From positions 1-64,000 of the forward strand of contig OZ242010.1 of NCBI GenBank assembly GCA_965204745.1: a stretch of 64,000 nt of DNA, in the 5' to 3' direction. The position numbers were made by a program, and so were the translations under genes. The notes below the pieces were generated by a model. That model searched no databases, had not been told where the DNA came from, and saw only the letters and a list, made by a program, of their open reading frames with translations. This DNA comes from Candidatus Latescibacterota bacterium. GTDB taxonomy: Bacteria > Latescibacterota > UBA2968. Positions 42,908-52,170 of the stretch are shown in pieces (the stretch's first letter is position 1; each line of letters begins with the position of its first letter).

Positions 42908-43752
42908 TGGCATTGCGTCTCCATCTCATCAACATCGTTTTTATGGTGTGCGCGATTGGTGTGCCCGTTGCTGGCGCGAATCCCGATTCCACGGCTGTTC
43001 AACCCGGCGTTTCAGCGCCCGTCAATGCGATGCCCCTTCCGACATCCCTCGCAATCGGGGATCCCTCGCAACCGCCTGCCCATTGGGTTACGCCTTTCGG
43101 GGACTCCACCTGCGTGCTCGAGTCCTTTGACTATCCTCGGTTTTTGAATACCTATCCCGACAAAATTTGGGAAGGGCGCTCGGGTTGGCGATATAGCAAA
43201 ACGAGAAAATCAGAGGTTTATTACCGGATTTTGATAGAGGGCGATAATTATTATCTCAGCGCGGAAACCCAAGGGGGGGCCGTGAACTTTGGCAGAGAAG
43301 CCAAACTCAGGTATCGCGGCGCAGAGATCAAAGCCAATTTGCGTTTGTTCCAAAAATTGCGCTGGCGCTGGCGGGTACACAGATTGCCAGAGGGATCCGA
43401 TGAAACCGACAGCGATAAAAACGACAGTGCCGCTGCCGTGCGTCTGCTTTTTGGAACCGGTGCTTTTTCGGGCAAATCACTGAAATATATCTGGAGTGCA
43501 ACCCTTCCCGTGGGCACGGTCATCGAGAGCAACCGTCAACACGTCGTCGTTTTGCGTAGCGGTGCGGACGAGTTGGGCAAATGGATTTGGGAAGAAGTGA
43601 ATGCGTACAAAGATTATCGCCGCTTGTTCGGCGGCGATCCCCGTCCGGCAGATGCGTTGGGCCTGCTGACCGATTCAAATAATACAAAGACAGTTGTCAG
43701 CGCGGATTACGACGACATCACGTTTATCATCCCGAGGCCCATAGACGAATAG
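42907..43752 (+). CDS. DUF3047 domain protein, exported
   Basis: Signal peptide; LRWRWRV..LP, KYIWS, DYRRLFG, LLTDSNNT. Confidence 0.78.
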   Translation: MALRLHLINIVFMVCAIGVPVAGANPDSTAVQPGVSAPVNAMPLPTSLAIGDPSQPPAHWVTPFGDSTCVLESFDYPRFLNTYPDKIWEGRSGWRYSKTRKSEVYYRILIEGDNYYLSAETQGGAVNFGREAKLRYRGAEIKANLRLFQKLRWRWRVHRLPEGSDETDSDKNDSAAAVRLLFGTGAFSGKSLKYIWSATLPVGTVIESNRQHVVVLRSGADELGKWIWEEVNAYKDYRRLFGGDPRPADALGLLTDSNNTKTVVSADYDDITFIIPRPIDE

Positions 43753-43799
43753 ATGTTAAAATCAGTGGTCAGTGGTCAGTGGTCAGTTGAATCGAGTGG

Positions 43800-44432
43800 T
43801 TTTGCGAGGGGGACCTACCCCCTAACCCCCTTCCTAAGAGGAAGGGGGAACGGTGATGGGTCTTCCGAGGGATTGCTCGAGAGGTTTTTTGGGTTCTATG
43901 GCGTGATCCATTCGCCCAAACCCACCAAAAGAGCTTTACTCCCCTTTCCTCGTAGGAAAGGGGCCGGGGGATAGGTCCCCTCGGTAACGCCATCAGAGCA
44001 ACCAGAGCGAGAAGCCATCAAAGGAGCTTTACTCCCCTTTCCTCGTAGGAAAGGGGCCGGGGGATAGGTCCCCTCGGTCAACGCCATCAGAGCAACCAGA
44101 GCGAGAAGCCATCAAAGGAGCTTTACTCCCCTTTCCTTGTAGGAAAGGGGCCGGGGGATAGGTCCCCTCGGTCAACGCCATCAAAAGAACTTTACTCCCC
44201 TTTCCTCGTAGGAAAGGGGCCGGGGGATAGGTCCCCTTGGTCAACGCCACCAAAAGAGCTTTACTCCCCTTTCCTCGTAGGAAAGGGGCCGGGGGATAGG
44301 TCCCCTTGGTCAACGCCATCAGAGCAACCAACGCTAGAAGCCATCAAAGGAGCTTTACTCCCCTTTCCTCGTAGGCACAGGCGTAGCCTACAATGAGCGA
44401 AGCGAATAACGGGGCCGGGGGATAGGTCCCCT
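43800..44432. repeat. Tandem array of REP-like family A hairpins (6 units plus one inverted variant)
   Basis: gagctttactcccctttcctcgtaggaaaggggccgggggataggtcccc starting at 43931, 44024, 44118, 44187, 44256, 44350. Confidence 0.92.
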
Positions 44433-44495
44433 CGCGCTTTGATGAACTGTTGACGCAGTTGTACCCCGTTCCCGCTAATTGACGGAGGCTATCCG

Positions 44496-45713
44496 GTGAA
44501 TGCACAACGCAAAATTTCGCGTCCATTGTCGATACTTGTCGGCTGTCTGCTCGTCGCACTGCTGAGTGTCGCATCAGCAGAGGCGCAAAACGTTTCGGTT
44601 TCCGATTACAGAGTGCCCGTGAGCCGGGCGGACAACCTGCGGATTGACGCCTTGAGTTTTAATTTTACGACTGTGGATGATGAGATCGTCACCGAACAGG
44701 GCAATGTCGGGATCGTGTACAAAAAGTTTTACAGTTCTCTGCCCTTTGCATATTCTATTGACGCGGTCGGTTCAGCCTCATACATCCGCGAACTCGAATC
44801 TACGCCCAACCCCGATGGCACTTATGGCTCCCACCGCAATGGCACGTATGACTTCTCGCTCGATATGCGGGTTCAGAAGTATTTTGTGGAGACCAACGAG
44901 TTTTTCTATTCGATCAGCCCAGACATTTTGGATAGCAGAGGCTTTGAGCGACCGCAAATAGATGTCGTTGTCGGCCTTGGGTATGGCCGCTTTATCAATG
45001 CCACCGCTTTGCGTAAAGCCGTGCGTATCGAAGAATTTTTGTTCAGAGAAGGCGTGATTAGTGATCACATGCCCAAAGACACGATGATCGATTTGGGACA
45101 CACGATAGAAAAAGAGGACGAGTACCGCGATCTGTACGGGGATCGTTCCTATCAGAACTATTGGTATGAGGATATGACCAATGAGATCAACAAGACCGGG
45201 CTCGTGACCGGGGGCGGCAATATCGGGCCTATCGGCATTTTTCGGATGCGCGAAGTGCTCACGCAAGAGCAGATCAGCGACCGCTTTTTTGGTTGGGATG
45301 CCAATGTAGGGCTTCAGTATCAAATCCAGACGCAAGCGAAAGCCATAAAACGCCCTCCCCTTGCCCTCGCCATTAGTTTGCGGTATTCCCGCCCCATCAG
45401 TTGGCGGATGCAAATTAACACCCGATTCACATCTGATACCCCATTCGAGGATTTGGGTCGCGTGTATAACGCCCGGCAGAATATCGACTTTATCTATGAA
45501 ATCACGAACAAAATTGCCTTTGTCACATCCAATACATTTTATTTGGAAAAAAAAGCCCAGCAAGAGGTTAGGTTGCGGTATGTTTCAAATATCAGTTTCA
45601 CATTTTTTGTGGAGAACAAAATCAATTTGTCGATCATCGAGCAACTTTCAAAAAATCAAGGAGCATCGTTTAGGCAGAGTTTGCATCTCGGCCTGAGCTA
45701 TCGCATTTTTTGA
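44496..45713 (+). CDS. Hypothetical exported, probable outer-membrane protein
   Basis: GGAGG RBS with GTG start, signal peptide AEA|Q, beta-rich, C-terminal YRIF. Confidence 0.7.
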   Translation: MNAQRKISRPLSILVGCLLVALLSVASAEAQNVSVSDYRVPVSRADNLRIDALSFNFTTVDDEIVTEQGNVGIVYKKFYSSLPFAYSIDAVGSASYIRELESTPNPDGTYGSHRNGTYDFSLDMRVQKYFVETNEFFYSISPDILDSRGFERPQIDVVVGLGYGRFINATALRKAVRIEEFLFREGVISDHMPKDTMIDLGHTIEKEDEYRDLYGDRSYQNYWYEDMTNEINKTGLVTGGGNIGPIGIFRMREVLTQEQISDRFFGWDANVGLQYQIQTQAKAIKRPPLALAISLRYSRPISWRMQINTRFTSDTPFEDLGRVYNARQNIDFIYEITNKIAFVTSNTFYLEKKAQQEVRLRYVSNISFTFFVENKINLSIIEQLSKNQGASFRQSLHLGLSYRIF

Positions 45714-45848
45714 GGCGCGGCGCGCGTGTCAAAAGACTTGTGAACGCAAATTTTCTCTCCTATCTTAGCTTTGTCCCTCGGCTTTCGTACATCCCAAATT
45801 GCGTATTGGGAGCGGAGCCGGTTCGTTCATCCAATCGTTGGAGGCTTT

Positions 45849-46151
45849 ATGGCAAAAGAAGAAAAAGTGGTGCTGGAAGGAAGGATTGTCGATATTTTGC
45901 CCGATGGGCAATACAGGGTCGAGGTCGATGGGGGGCATCAGATCCTCGGTTATACGTCGGGCAGGATGCGCCGGTTTAATATTCGCATCGTGGTCGGCGA
46001 TACCGTGACGATTGAGACCTCGCCCTATGACCTGAACCGAGGGCGCATTACGTTCCGCGATTCCGGAACAGACGCGCCGCCGCCGAGCGCGCAATCGGCC
46101 GGGAACAGGCGCCCCGGCCGCGGAGGACGCAGACCGCGCCGCCGGCGTTAA
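45849..46151 (+). CDS. infA: Translation initiation factor IF-1 with Arg-rich C-terminal extension
   Basis: MAKEEKVVLEG.IVDILP, SGRMR, IRI..GD.V, SPYDLNRGRITFR. Confidence 0.93.
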   Translation: MAKEEKVVLEGRIVDILPDGQYRVEVDGGHQILGYTSGRMRRFNIRIVVGDTVTIETSPYDLNRGRITFRDSGTDAPPPSAQSAGNRRPGRGGRRPRRRR

Positions 46152-46178
46152 AGACGCACATGCAGCTATCGCAAACGA

Positions 46179-46206
46179 CCACCCGCCAAGCGGGTGGCTT
46201 TTTGTT
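46179..46206 (+). terminator. Intrinsic terminator after infA
   Basis: ccacccgc-caa-gcgggtgg followed by cttttt. Confidence 0.75.
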
Positions 46207-46269
46207 ATGGCGCGAAGGGAGATGGCCCCCCGCCCGAAAATGCAGGCGATTCGCACACTGGGAGGGATT

Positions 46270-47682
46270 ATGTCGGAAGAAGTTAGAGGGGCACAACCAT
46301 CCGATGAAAACAGCGAGAACCAGGATCTGTACGCGCTGGATCCGCACGCGATTCAACAGCCGCCGCAGGGGCTTGGGAGCACGCTGCGATTTCTCGGGCC
46401 GGGCCTGATTCTCGTGGGGTCTGTCGTGGGGTCTGGCGAGATTATTTTGACGACCAATCTCGGGTCGCTCGTCGGGTTTTCCATGCTGTGGTTCGTGCTG
46501 TTGAGTTGCTGGAGCAAGACTATCGTGCAGGCCGAGTTGGCGCGTTTTGCGGTGGGGTCTGGCGAACCGTTTTTGCACGCTTTTAACCGCTTGCCCGGGA
46601 AATTGCCGGCGTTTCGCGGGCGAAAGGTGTCGTGGTACATCTATTCTTGGTTGATCTGGATCATTCCCGGCCAACTGATCAGCGGGGGGATTTACGGGGG
46701 CGCGGGGCAGGCGATTCACACGGTATTGCCCGTTCTCGGGTCGGAATGGTGGACCGTGATTCTCGCGGGTGTGGCGTCTGTGGTCGTGCTGACCGGGACG
46801 TATCGGTTTCTCGAAAGGCTGATGACGGTGTTGGTGGTCGCGTTCACGTTTATCACGGTTGTGTGTGCGATTTTGTTGCAACTGACCGAGTACGCGATTA
46901 CCTGGGAAGAGGTGCGCGGCGGGCTGACGTTTGGGTTTCCGGCGTTTGCGGTGCTGGCCGCACTGGCGATGTACGGAGGCACGGGCGTCGGATCGGGGGA
47001 GCAAATCGCCTATACGTATTGGTGCGTGGAAAAGGGCTATGCGCGGTTTTCAGGGCCCGCGGATCGGACCGATGCGTGGGGGCAGCGCGCACGGGGTTGG
47101 GTGCGCGTGATGCAAACCGATGTGCTGTTGACGTTGGGCTTGCTCACCTGTGCGACGATTCCGTTTTACATGCTCGGCGCGGGGGTGCTCTATCGGCTCA
47201 ATCAACGCCCGGATGGGCTTGAGACGATTCCCGTGTTGTCCAATATGTACACGCAAACCCTGGGCGAATGGGCGTTTTGGCTGTTTATGGTGGGGGCGTT
47301 TTTCGTGCTGTATTCCACGGCGATTTCCGGCTTGGGCGGCGGGGTGCGCGTGTTTGCCGATGGCATGGCCGTGATGGGGTTGATCGAGCGCGATGATTAC
47401 AAAACCCGCGTCCGGGTTTTGCGCGTTTGGGCCGTGGTGTCGCCGCTGGTGACGGCGATGGCGTATTTCTTTTTTCAAAATCCGGTTTGGATGCTGACGA
47501 TGGGGCATTTGTTCGGGGCGGTCAAGTTTCCCCTGATTGCCGGGGGCACGCTGTATTTGCGGTACAAACATCTCGACCCGCGGCTGAGGCCGTCTTTGAA
47601 GACCGATCTGCTGTTGTGGTTCAGCTTTTTGCTGATGATCGGGCTGGCTGTTTATATTTTGTACACGCGCTATTTTGCGTGA
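46270..47682 (+). CDS. Nramp-like (APC superfamily) transporter
   Basis: LGPGLILVGSVVGSGE, YTYWCVEKGY, about 11 TM helices. Confidence 0.85.
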   Translation: MSEEVRGAQPSDENSENQDLYALDPHAIQQPPQGLGSTLRFLGPGLILVGSVVGSGEIILTTNLGSLVGFSMLWFVLLSCWSKTIVQAELARFAVGSGEPFLHAFNRLPGKLPAFRGRKVSWYIYSWLIWIIPGQLISGGIYGGAGQAIHTVLPVLGSEWWTVILAGVASVVVLTGTYRFLERLMTVLVVAFTFITVVCAILLQLTEYAITWEEVRGGLTFGFPAFAVLAALAMYGGTGVGSGEQIAYTYWCVEKGYARFSGPADRTDAWGQRARGWVRVMQTDVLLTLGLLTCATIPFYMLGAGVLYRLNQRPDGLETIPVLSNMYTQTLGEWAFWLFMVGAFFVLYSTAISGLGGGVRVFADGMAVMGLIERDDYKTRVRVLRVWAVVSPLVTAMAYFFFQNPVWMLTMGHLFGAVKFPLIAGGTLYLRYKHLDPRLRPSLKTDLLLWFSFLLMIGLAVYILYTRYFA

Positions 47683-47692
47683 GGAGGCGACT

Positions 47693-48784
47693 ATGGCGAT
47701 TCCCACGTATCGATCACTTGGGATGCGCCCGTTGATCAACTGCCGCGGCACCTATACGATCATCAGTGGCTCGCTGATGCTACCCGAGGTGCGCGAGGCT
47801 ATGGTGGAAGCGGCAAAGGCGTACGTGCATTTGGACGAGTTGATGGAGGCCGTGGGCGCGCGCATTGCCGAGGTGATGCAGTGCGACTGGGGGTTGGTGA
47901 CCAATGGCTGTGCCGCCGCGCTGACGCAGGTGACGGCCGGGTGCGTGGCAGGCGCCGATCCACAACAGATCGCGCAGTTGCCGGATACGACCGGGATGAA
48001 GAACCGCGTGTTGTTCCAGCCGGGGCATTTGCACGTTTATACGCACGCGATTCGGGCCGTGGGCGTGGAACTGGTGGAGGTCGAAGATCACGACGCGCTT
48101 TCCTCTGCAATAGATGATCGCACGGCGATGTTCGCGTTTTTTGGGGATCGCGGCGATGCCAGCAATATCCCCCTCGAAGATGTGGCGACGATTTGCCACC
48201 GCCGGGGCGTGCCCGTGTTCGTCGATGCCGCGGCCGAGCGGCCCGATGTGCCCAATCCGTATTTGCAAGCGGGCGCGGATGTGGTGGCGTATAGCGGGGG
48301 CAAGTGCTTGCGCGGGCCGCAGTCGTCTGGGCTGGTGCTCGGGCGCAAGGATATTTTGCGAGCGGCTTTTGCCAATGGCGCGCCGCATCATTCCTTGGGG
48401 CGGGCGATGAAAGCGGGCAAGGAAGAGGTGATGGGCTTGCTGGCAGCGGTGGAGCAATGGGTGTTGCGCGATCACGAGGCCGAGTGGGCCATGTGGGAAC
48501 ACTGGTTGCAACTGATCGCCGATGCGGTTGCGGATCTGCCCTCTGTGACGACAAAGGTTCGCATGCCCGGGCGGTCGAATGTGGCGCCGATTTTGGAGGT
48601 GCATTGGGATTGCGCGTCTTTACCTATCGCGGCCGACCAAGCGCAACAGCAGTTGTCAAACGGCGACCCGCGCATCGAGTTGTTCGCGCACGACAGGGGC
48701 GTGGAGGTGATGCCCTATATGATGGAGCCAGGCGAGGCCGCAATCGTCGCCAAGCGATTGCGCGAGGTGCTCTCTGTGGCGTAG
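47693..48784 (+). CDS. SelA-like PLP-dependent enzyme
   Basis: INCRGTYTIISGS, VDAAAE, YSGGKCLRGPQSSG, GRAMKAGKEE. Confidence 0.85.
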   Translation: MAIPTYRSLGMRPLINCRGTYTIISGSLMLPEVREAMVEAAKAYVHLDELMEAVGARIAEVMQCDWGLVTNGCAAALTQVTAGCVAGADPQQIAQLPDTTGMKNRVLFQPGHLHVYTHAIRAVGVELVEVEDHDALSSAIDDRTAMFAFFGDRGDASNIPLEDVATICHRRGVPVFVDAAAERPDVPNPYLQAGADVVAYSGGKCLRGPQSSGLVLGRKDILRAAFANGAPHHSLGRAMKAGKEEVMGLLAAVEQWVLRDHEAEWAMWEHWLQLIADAVADLPSVTTKVRMPGRSNVAPILEVHWDCASLPIAADQAQQQLSNGDPRIELFAHDRGVEVMPYMMEPGEAAIVAKRLREVLSVA

Positions 48785-48814
48785 GTTTTGTTGCGCGTTG
48801 CGTGGAGATTTCCG

Positions 48815-49240
48815 ATGAGCAGGCAAGACATGCGTTGGATTCAGAGGGCCAAGCATTTTGACAAGGCGTTTTCTCTGTTGGAAGAGGCCGTCGAACTGGC
48901 GCGGCAACGCCCGCTCTCGAAGTTGGAGGCGCAGGGGTTGATCCAAGGCTTTGAATACACGCATGAATTGGCGTGGAATACGCTGAAGGATTTTCTCGAA
49001 GATCGCGGTGTGCAAGCCCTTTACGGGTCGAGGGATACGACCCGCGCTGCTTTCCGGACGGGTTTGATCGAAAACGGCGAAACCTGGATGGAGATGATCC
49101 AAAGCCGCAACTTGACCTCGCATACCTATAATGAGGCCACGGCTGACCAAGTCGTCGGGGCGATTCTCGATTCGTATTTCGCAGCATTTCAGGCATTGCG
49201 AACCACATTGGCAGGTTTGAAACAAGAGGACTCATCATGA
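48815..49240 (+). CDS. HEPN protein (HI0074-like nucleotidyltransferase substrate-binding family)
   Basis: GLIQGFEYTHELAWNTLKDFL, RNLTSHTY (RX4H). Confidence 0.92.
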   Translation: MSRQDMRWIQRAKHFDKAFSLLEEAVELARQRPLSKLEAQGLIQGFEYTHELAWNTLKDFLEDRGVQALYGSRDTTRAAFRTGLIENGETWMEMIQSRNLTSHTYNEATADQVVGAILDSYFAAFQALRTTLAGLKQEDSS

Positions 49241-49638
49241 CAACTCGTTCTCAACCCGGCTCGAGATACGGCCTGTCGGAATTGACCATCCAAAAAATTT
49301 GCGCGGTTTTTGCCCGCTATCCGCAAGTGGAAAAAGCGATTTTGTACGGATCGCGTGCCAAGGGTACCTATAAGAACGGTTCGGATATCGATCTCACCCT
49401 CTGCGGTGGTTCTGACCTGACCCTGCATACGCTGTGCCGAATCCGCGATGCGTTGGACGATTTGCTCCTGCCTTATGCGATTGACGTGTCCATTTTCCAT
49501 GACATCGGCGATCCCGATGTGGTCGCTCACATCCAGCGCGTCGGCGTGCCGATGTACGCAAAGGGAGTATCGGATGATGAGTTTGAGGCCCTATCCGATT
49601 GCGCGGTCAGCCGCGAAGGCTTGTACGAGGAGCATTGA
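49237..49638 (+). CDS. Minimal nucleotidyltransferase (MNT)
   Basis: LYGSRAKG, SDIDL, LPY.ID; ATGA overlap with HEPN. Confidence 0.92.
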   Translation: MTTRSQPGSRYGLSELTIQKICAVFARYPQVEKAILYGSRAKGTYKNGSDIDLTLCGGSDLTLHTLCRIRDALDDLLLPYAIDVSIFHDIGDPDVVAHIQRVGVPMYAKGVSDDEFEALSDCAVSREGLYEEH

Positions 49639-49685
49639 TCGTCGCGATCTGTCTAACCGATACCAGTGTTTTGAAGGAGGATGTT

Positions 49686-49874
49686 TTGAGGTGTTTTAAG
49701 ATCGTTGTTGAAAGATATCCCGATGGTTATGTGGGCTATCCCCTCGGGCTGAAGGGCGTCGTCGTTGGACAGGGAGAGACGTATGAAGCCGCATTGGCGG
49801 ACGTAAAATCTGCTGTGCAATTTCATATCGAAACATTTGGCTCAGAAGCCTGGGTTCAGCACACCCCGCGCTGA
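49686..49874 (+). CDS. HicB family antitoxin (short)
   Basis: IVVERYPDGYVGYPLGLKG.VVGQGETYEAAL; AGGAGG before TTG. Confidence 0.75.
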   Translation: MRCFKIVVERYPDGYVGYPLGLKGVVVGQGETYEAALADVKSAVQFHIETFGSEAWVQHTPR

Positions 49875-49898
49875 AGCGACGGGGCGGAGATGATCGTA

Positions 49899-50120
49899 AT
49901 GGAATGTCATATCTGCGGAGCTAATTTGGAGCCTGTTGTGACCGATTTGCCTTTTAAGGTGAGCGATGAGAAAATTGTGATCGTGGAAGACTTGCCCGTT
50001 CACCAATGTAGCCAGTGCCGCGAATTTTTGTTGGAAGATCGGGTGATGGCACGCGTCGAAACCATTCTCGAAACAACCGGTGTTGCGACGAAGTTGGAGG
50101 TCGTCAAGTACGCCGCATGA
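49899..50120 (+). CDS. YgiT/MqsA-type zinc-finger protein
   Basis: CHICG...IVIVEDLPVHQCSQCRE. Confidence 0.82.
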   Translation: MECHICGANLEPVVTDLPFKVSDEKIVIVEDLPVHQCSQCREFLLEDRVMARVETILETTGVATKLEVVKYAA

Positions 50121-50158
50121 GTGTATCATCGGACGCAACAACGGAAAGGAGAGGGCGA
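50093..50158 (+). repeat. 66-bp direct repeat, left copy
   Basis: 63/66 identical to 54755-54820. Confidence 0.93.
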
Positions 50159-50225
50159 CTCAAGTCATCGACGTTGCGAACGATTTGCACGCAATCGGGA
50201 ATTTCGCGTGATGATTTTTTGACAG
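50159..50225 (+). pseudogene. C-terminal remnant of a HicA-like toxin
   Basis: LKSSTLRTICTQSGISRDDFL resembles HicA C-termini; no N-terminal half. Confidence 0.5.
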
Positions 50226-50234
50226 GAGGTCAAC

Positions 50235-52169
50235 ATGCCAAAAGGCTTTGACGAAAAGTTGATCGCATTGCTCGAGACAGATGCCCGTTTTTTGGATGAA
50301 GAGGGCGAGTTGATCAAGGCGGCGGTGATTGATCGGGCGTGGAAAATTGACCATGACCTCGTGCGGTTGCTGATCGGGGATGCCGATATCAAGGCCAAGT
50401 TTTTTGACGAGATTGCAGGGCACTATATTTTTAATCACAACACGTTTATCGACTACGTTTCCGCCAAGGGCTTTCTCGCCAATTCCTACACCCGATTTCG
50501 CAACAGAATCGGCTTGGACATCGGCGACAAATCCATGCGAGAACGGGGCGAGGTGTCCTTGGTTTGGCCGTACAAGGATTGCGTGTTAGAGGGCGGGCAG
50601 ACCAAAGAGGAAGAGAAGCGCGAGGAGATTTTCTTCAACGAGGTGCTGGCACAGGACGAGATCGACCGCATGTTTGCCCCGAAGGTGCTGACCCACTATA
50701 AACGCCACACGGTTGATGGCGAACAAGAGGTCACAGAGATCGCACGAGACGAGGACGGGACCATTCGGGAAAACCTGCTCATCAAGGGCAACAACCTGCT
50801 GGCGTTGCACACATTGAAGAAGCAGTTCTACGGCAAGGTGAAGTTGATCTACATCGATCCGCCATACAATACGGGAAGTGATTCGTTCGGTTACAACGAC
50901 AACTTCAACCATTCGAGTTGGCTGACGTTCATGAAGAATCGGCTGGAAGTGGCGCGAGAACTGTTGCGGGATGATGGCCTGATCTTCATTCATATTGACA
51001 ACCGAGAATTAGCCTATCTCAAATGTCTCTGTGACGAAGTGTTTGGACGCAACAATTTTCGGAATGGGATTATTGTGAAGAAAGGACAAAAGAGTCTCCA
51101 AAAGCAATTTGATTCCATTGATAAATTGAATGCGGCCTACGATACGATTCTCTGTTATAGTCGGAAAAATGAAATCAAAATTCCGAATCTCTTTAAGAAA
51201 TTGAAGGGTAACCGTGCAAGTTCATGGAATAATCACTGGCGCGGCACTGACCGGCCGACGATGCGATTTAGACTTTTCGACATCACGCCGGAAACGGGAC
51301 AATGGCGATGGGCACAGCAGAGAACGGAAGATGCCGTTGAGAATTACTATACCCTTATCCGCTATATTGAAGATGCAGGTATTGTCGAAGCAGACATTAC
51401 TGATGCACATATTGATGATTATTATCATAGGTATCTTCACGAAAACAGCATATTGAAATATTCCGATTTTGAATTGGTCAGGTTGAGTAAAAACGGCCGC
51501 CCTGAGCATTACATTCCCGCTACCGATAAAATTTTGTTGAGCGAGAATTGGACAGATATTAGCGTTGCTGGTCGCTATTCAGAGTTTTCAGCAAATAAAA
51601 ATGAGGAAATCCTCAAACGCATTATAGAATGGCTGACAGAAAGCGGAGATATTGTCCTAGACTTTTTTTCTGGTTCAGGCACGACTGCCGTAGTTGCCCA
51701 CAAGATGAACCGCCAATGGATTCTAGTTGAGCAAATGGATTACATAGAAACCATCACGATGACGCGACTAAAAGAAGTGCTTGCAGGCGATCAGAGCGGC
51801 ATATCCAAAGCCGTCAACTATCGGGGCGGGGGCGACTTCATCTTTTGCGAACTGATGCAGTACAACGAAGTCTTTATGGACGAGATACAGGCCGCTGAAT
51901 CATCCGAAGAACTCGTGGCACTCTATCGGAACATAGCCGAAAACTCATTTCTCAACTGGTATGTCAACCCCAAAGTGCCGGAAGATGCGGTCGATGATTT
52001 TATTGCGATTGGGCGGGGTGAAGACGGGCTGGACAAGCAAAAAAAGTTGCTGATGGAACTCTTGGACAAAAACCAACTCTACGTCCACCTTTCGGAGATT
52101 GACGATGCAGATTTTGCGGTCGGCGATGCGGACAAGGCGTTGAATCAATCGTTTTACAGCGAGGTATAG
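50235..52169 (+). CDS. mod: Type III R-M modification subunit (beta-class amino-MTase)
   Basis: NLLIKGNNL, IYIDPPYNTG, VLDFFSGSGTT; AT-richer central TRD. Confidence 0.92.
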   Translation: MPKGFDEKLIALLETDARFLDEEGELIKAAVIDRAWKIDHDLVRLLIGDADIKAKFFDEIAGHYIFNHNTFIDYVSAKGFLANSYTRFRNRIGLDIGDKSMRERGEVSLVWPYKDCVLEGGQTKEEEKREEIFFNEVLAQDEIDRMFAPKVLTHYKRHTVDGEQEVTEIARDEDGTIRENLLIKGNNLLALHTLKKQFYGKVKLIYIDPPYNTGSDSFGYNDNFNHSSWLTFMKNRLEVARELLRDDGLIFIHIDNRELAYLKCLCDEVFGRNNFRNGIIVKKGQKSLQKQFDSIDKLNAAYDTILCYSRKNEIKIPNLFKKLKGNRASSWNNHWRGTDRPTMRFRLFDITPETGQWRWAQQRTEDAVENYYTLIRYIEDAGIVEADITDAHIDDYYHRYLHENSILKYSDFELVRLSKNGRPEHYIPATDKILLSENWTDISVAGRYSEFSANKNEEILKRIIEWLTESGDIVLDFFSGSGTTAVVAHKMNRQWILVEQMDYIETITMTRLKEVLAGDQSGISKAVNYRGGGDFIFCELMQYNEVFMDEIQAAESSEELVALYRNIAENSFLNWYVNPKVPEDAVDDFIAIGRGEDGLDKQKKLLMELLDKNQLYVHLSEIDDADFAVGDADKALNQSFYSEV

Positions 52170-52170
52170 G

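Noticed and set aside
43931-44432. CRISPR array
   Set aside because: Spacers are not unique (two variants of one linker), the unit is dispersed elsewhere as single copies, and no cas genes are present
47693-48784. True selenocysteine synthase selA
   Set aside because: Shorter SelA-like family member, no selB/selC nearby, linked to a transporter
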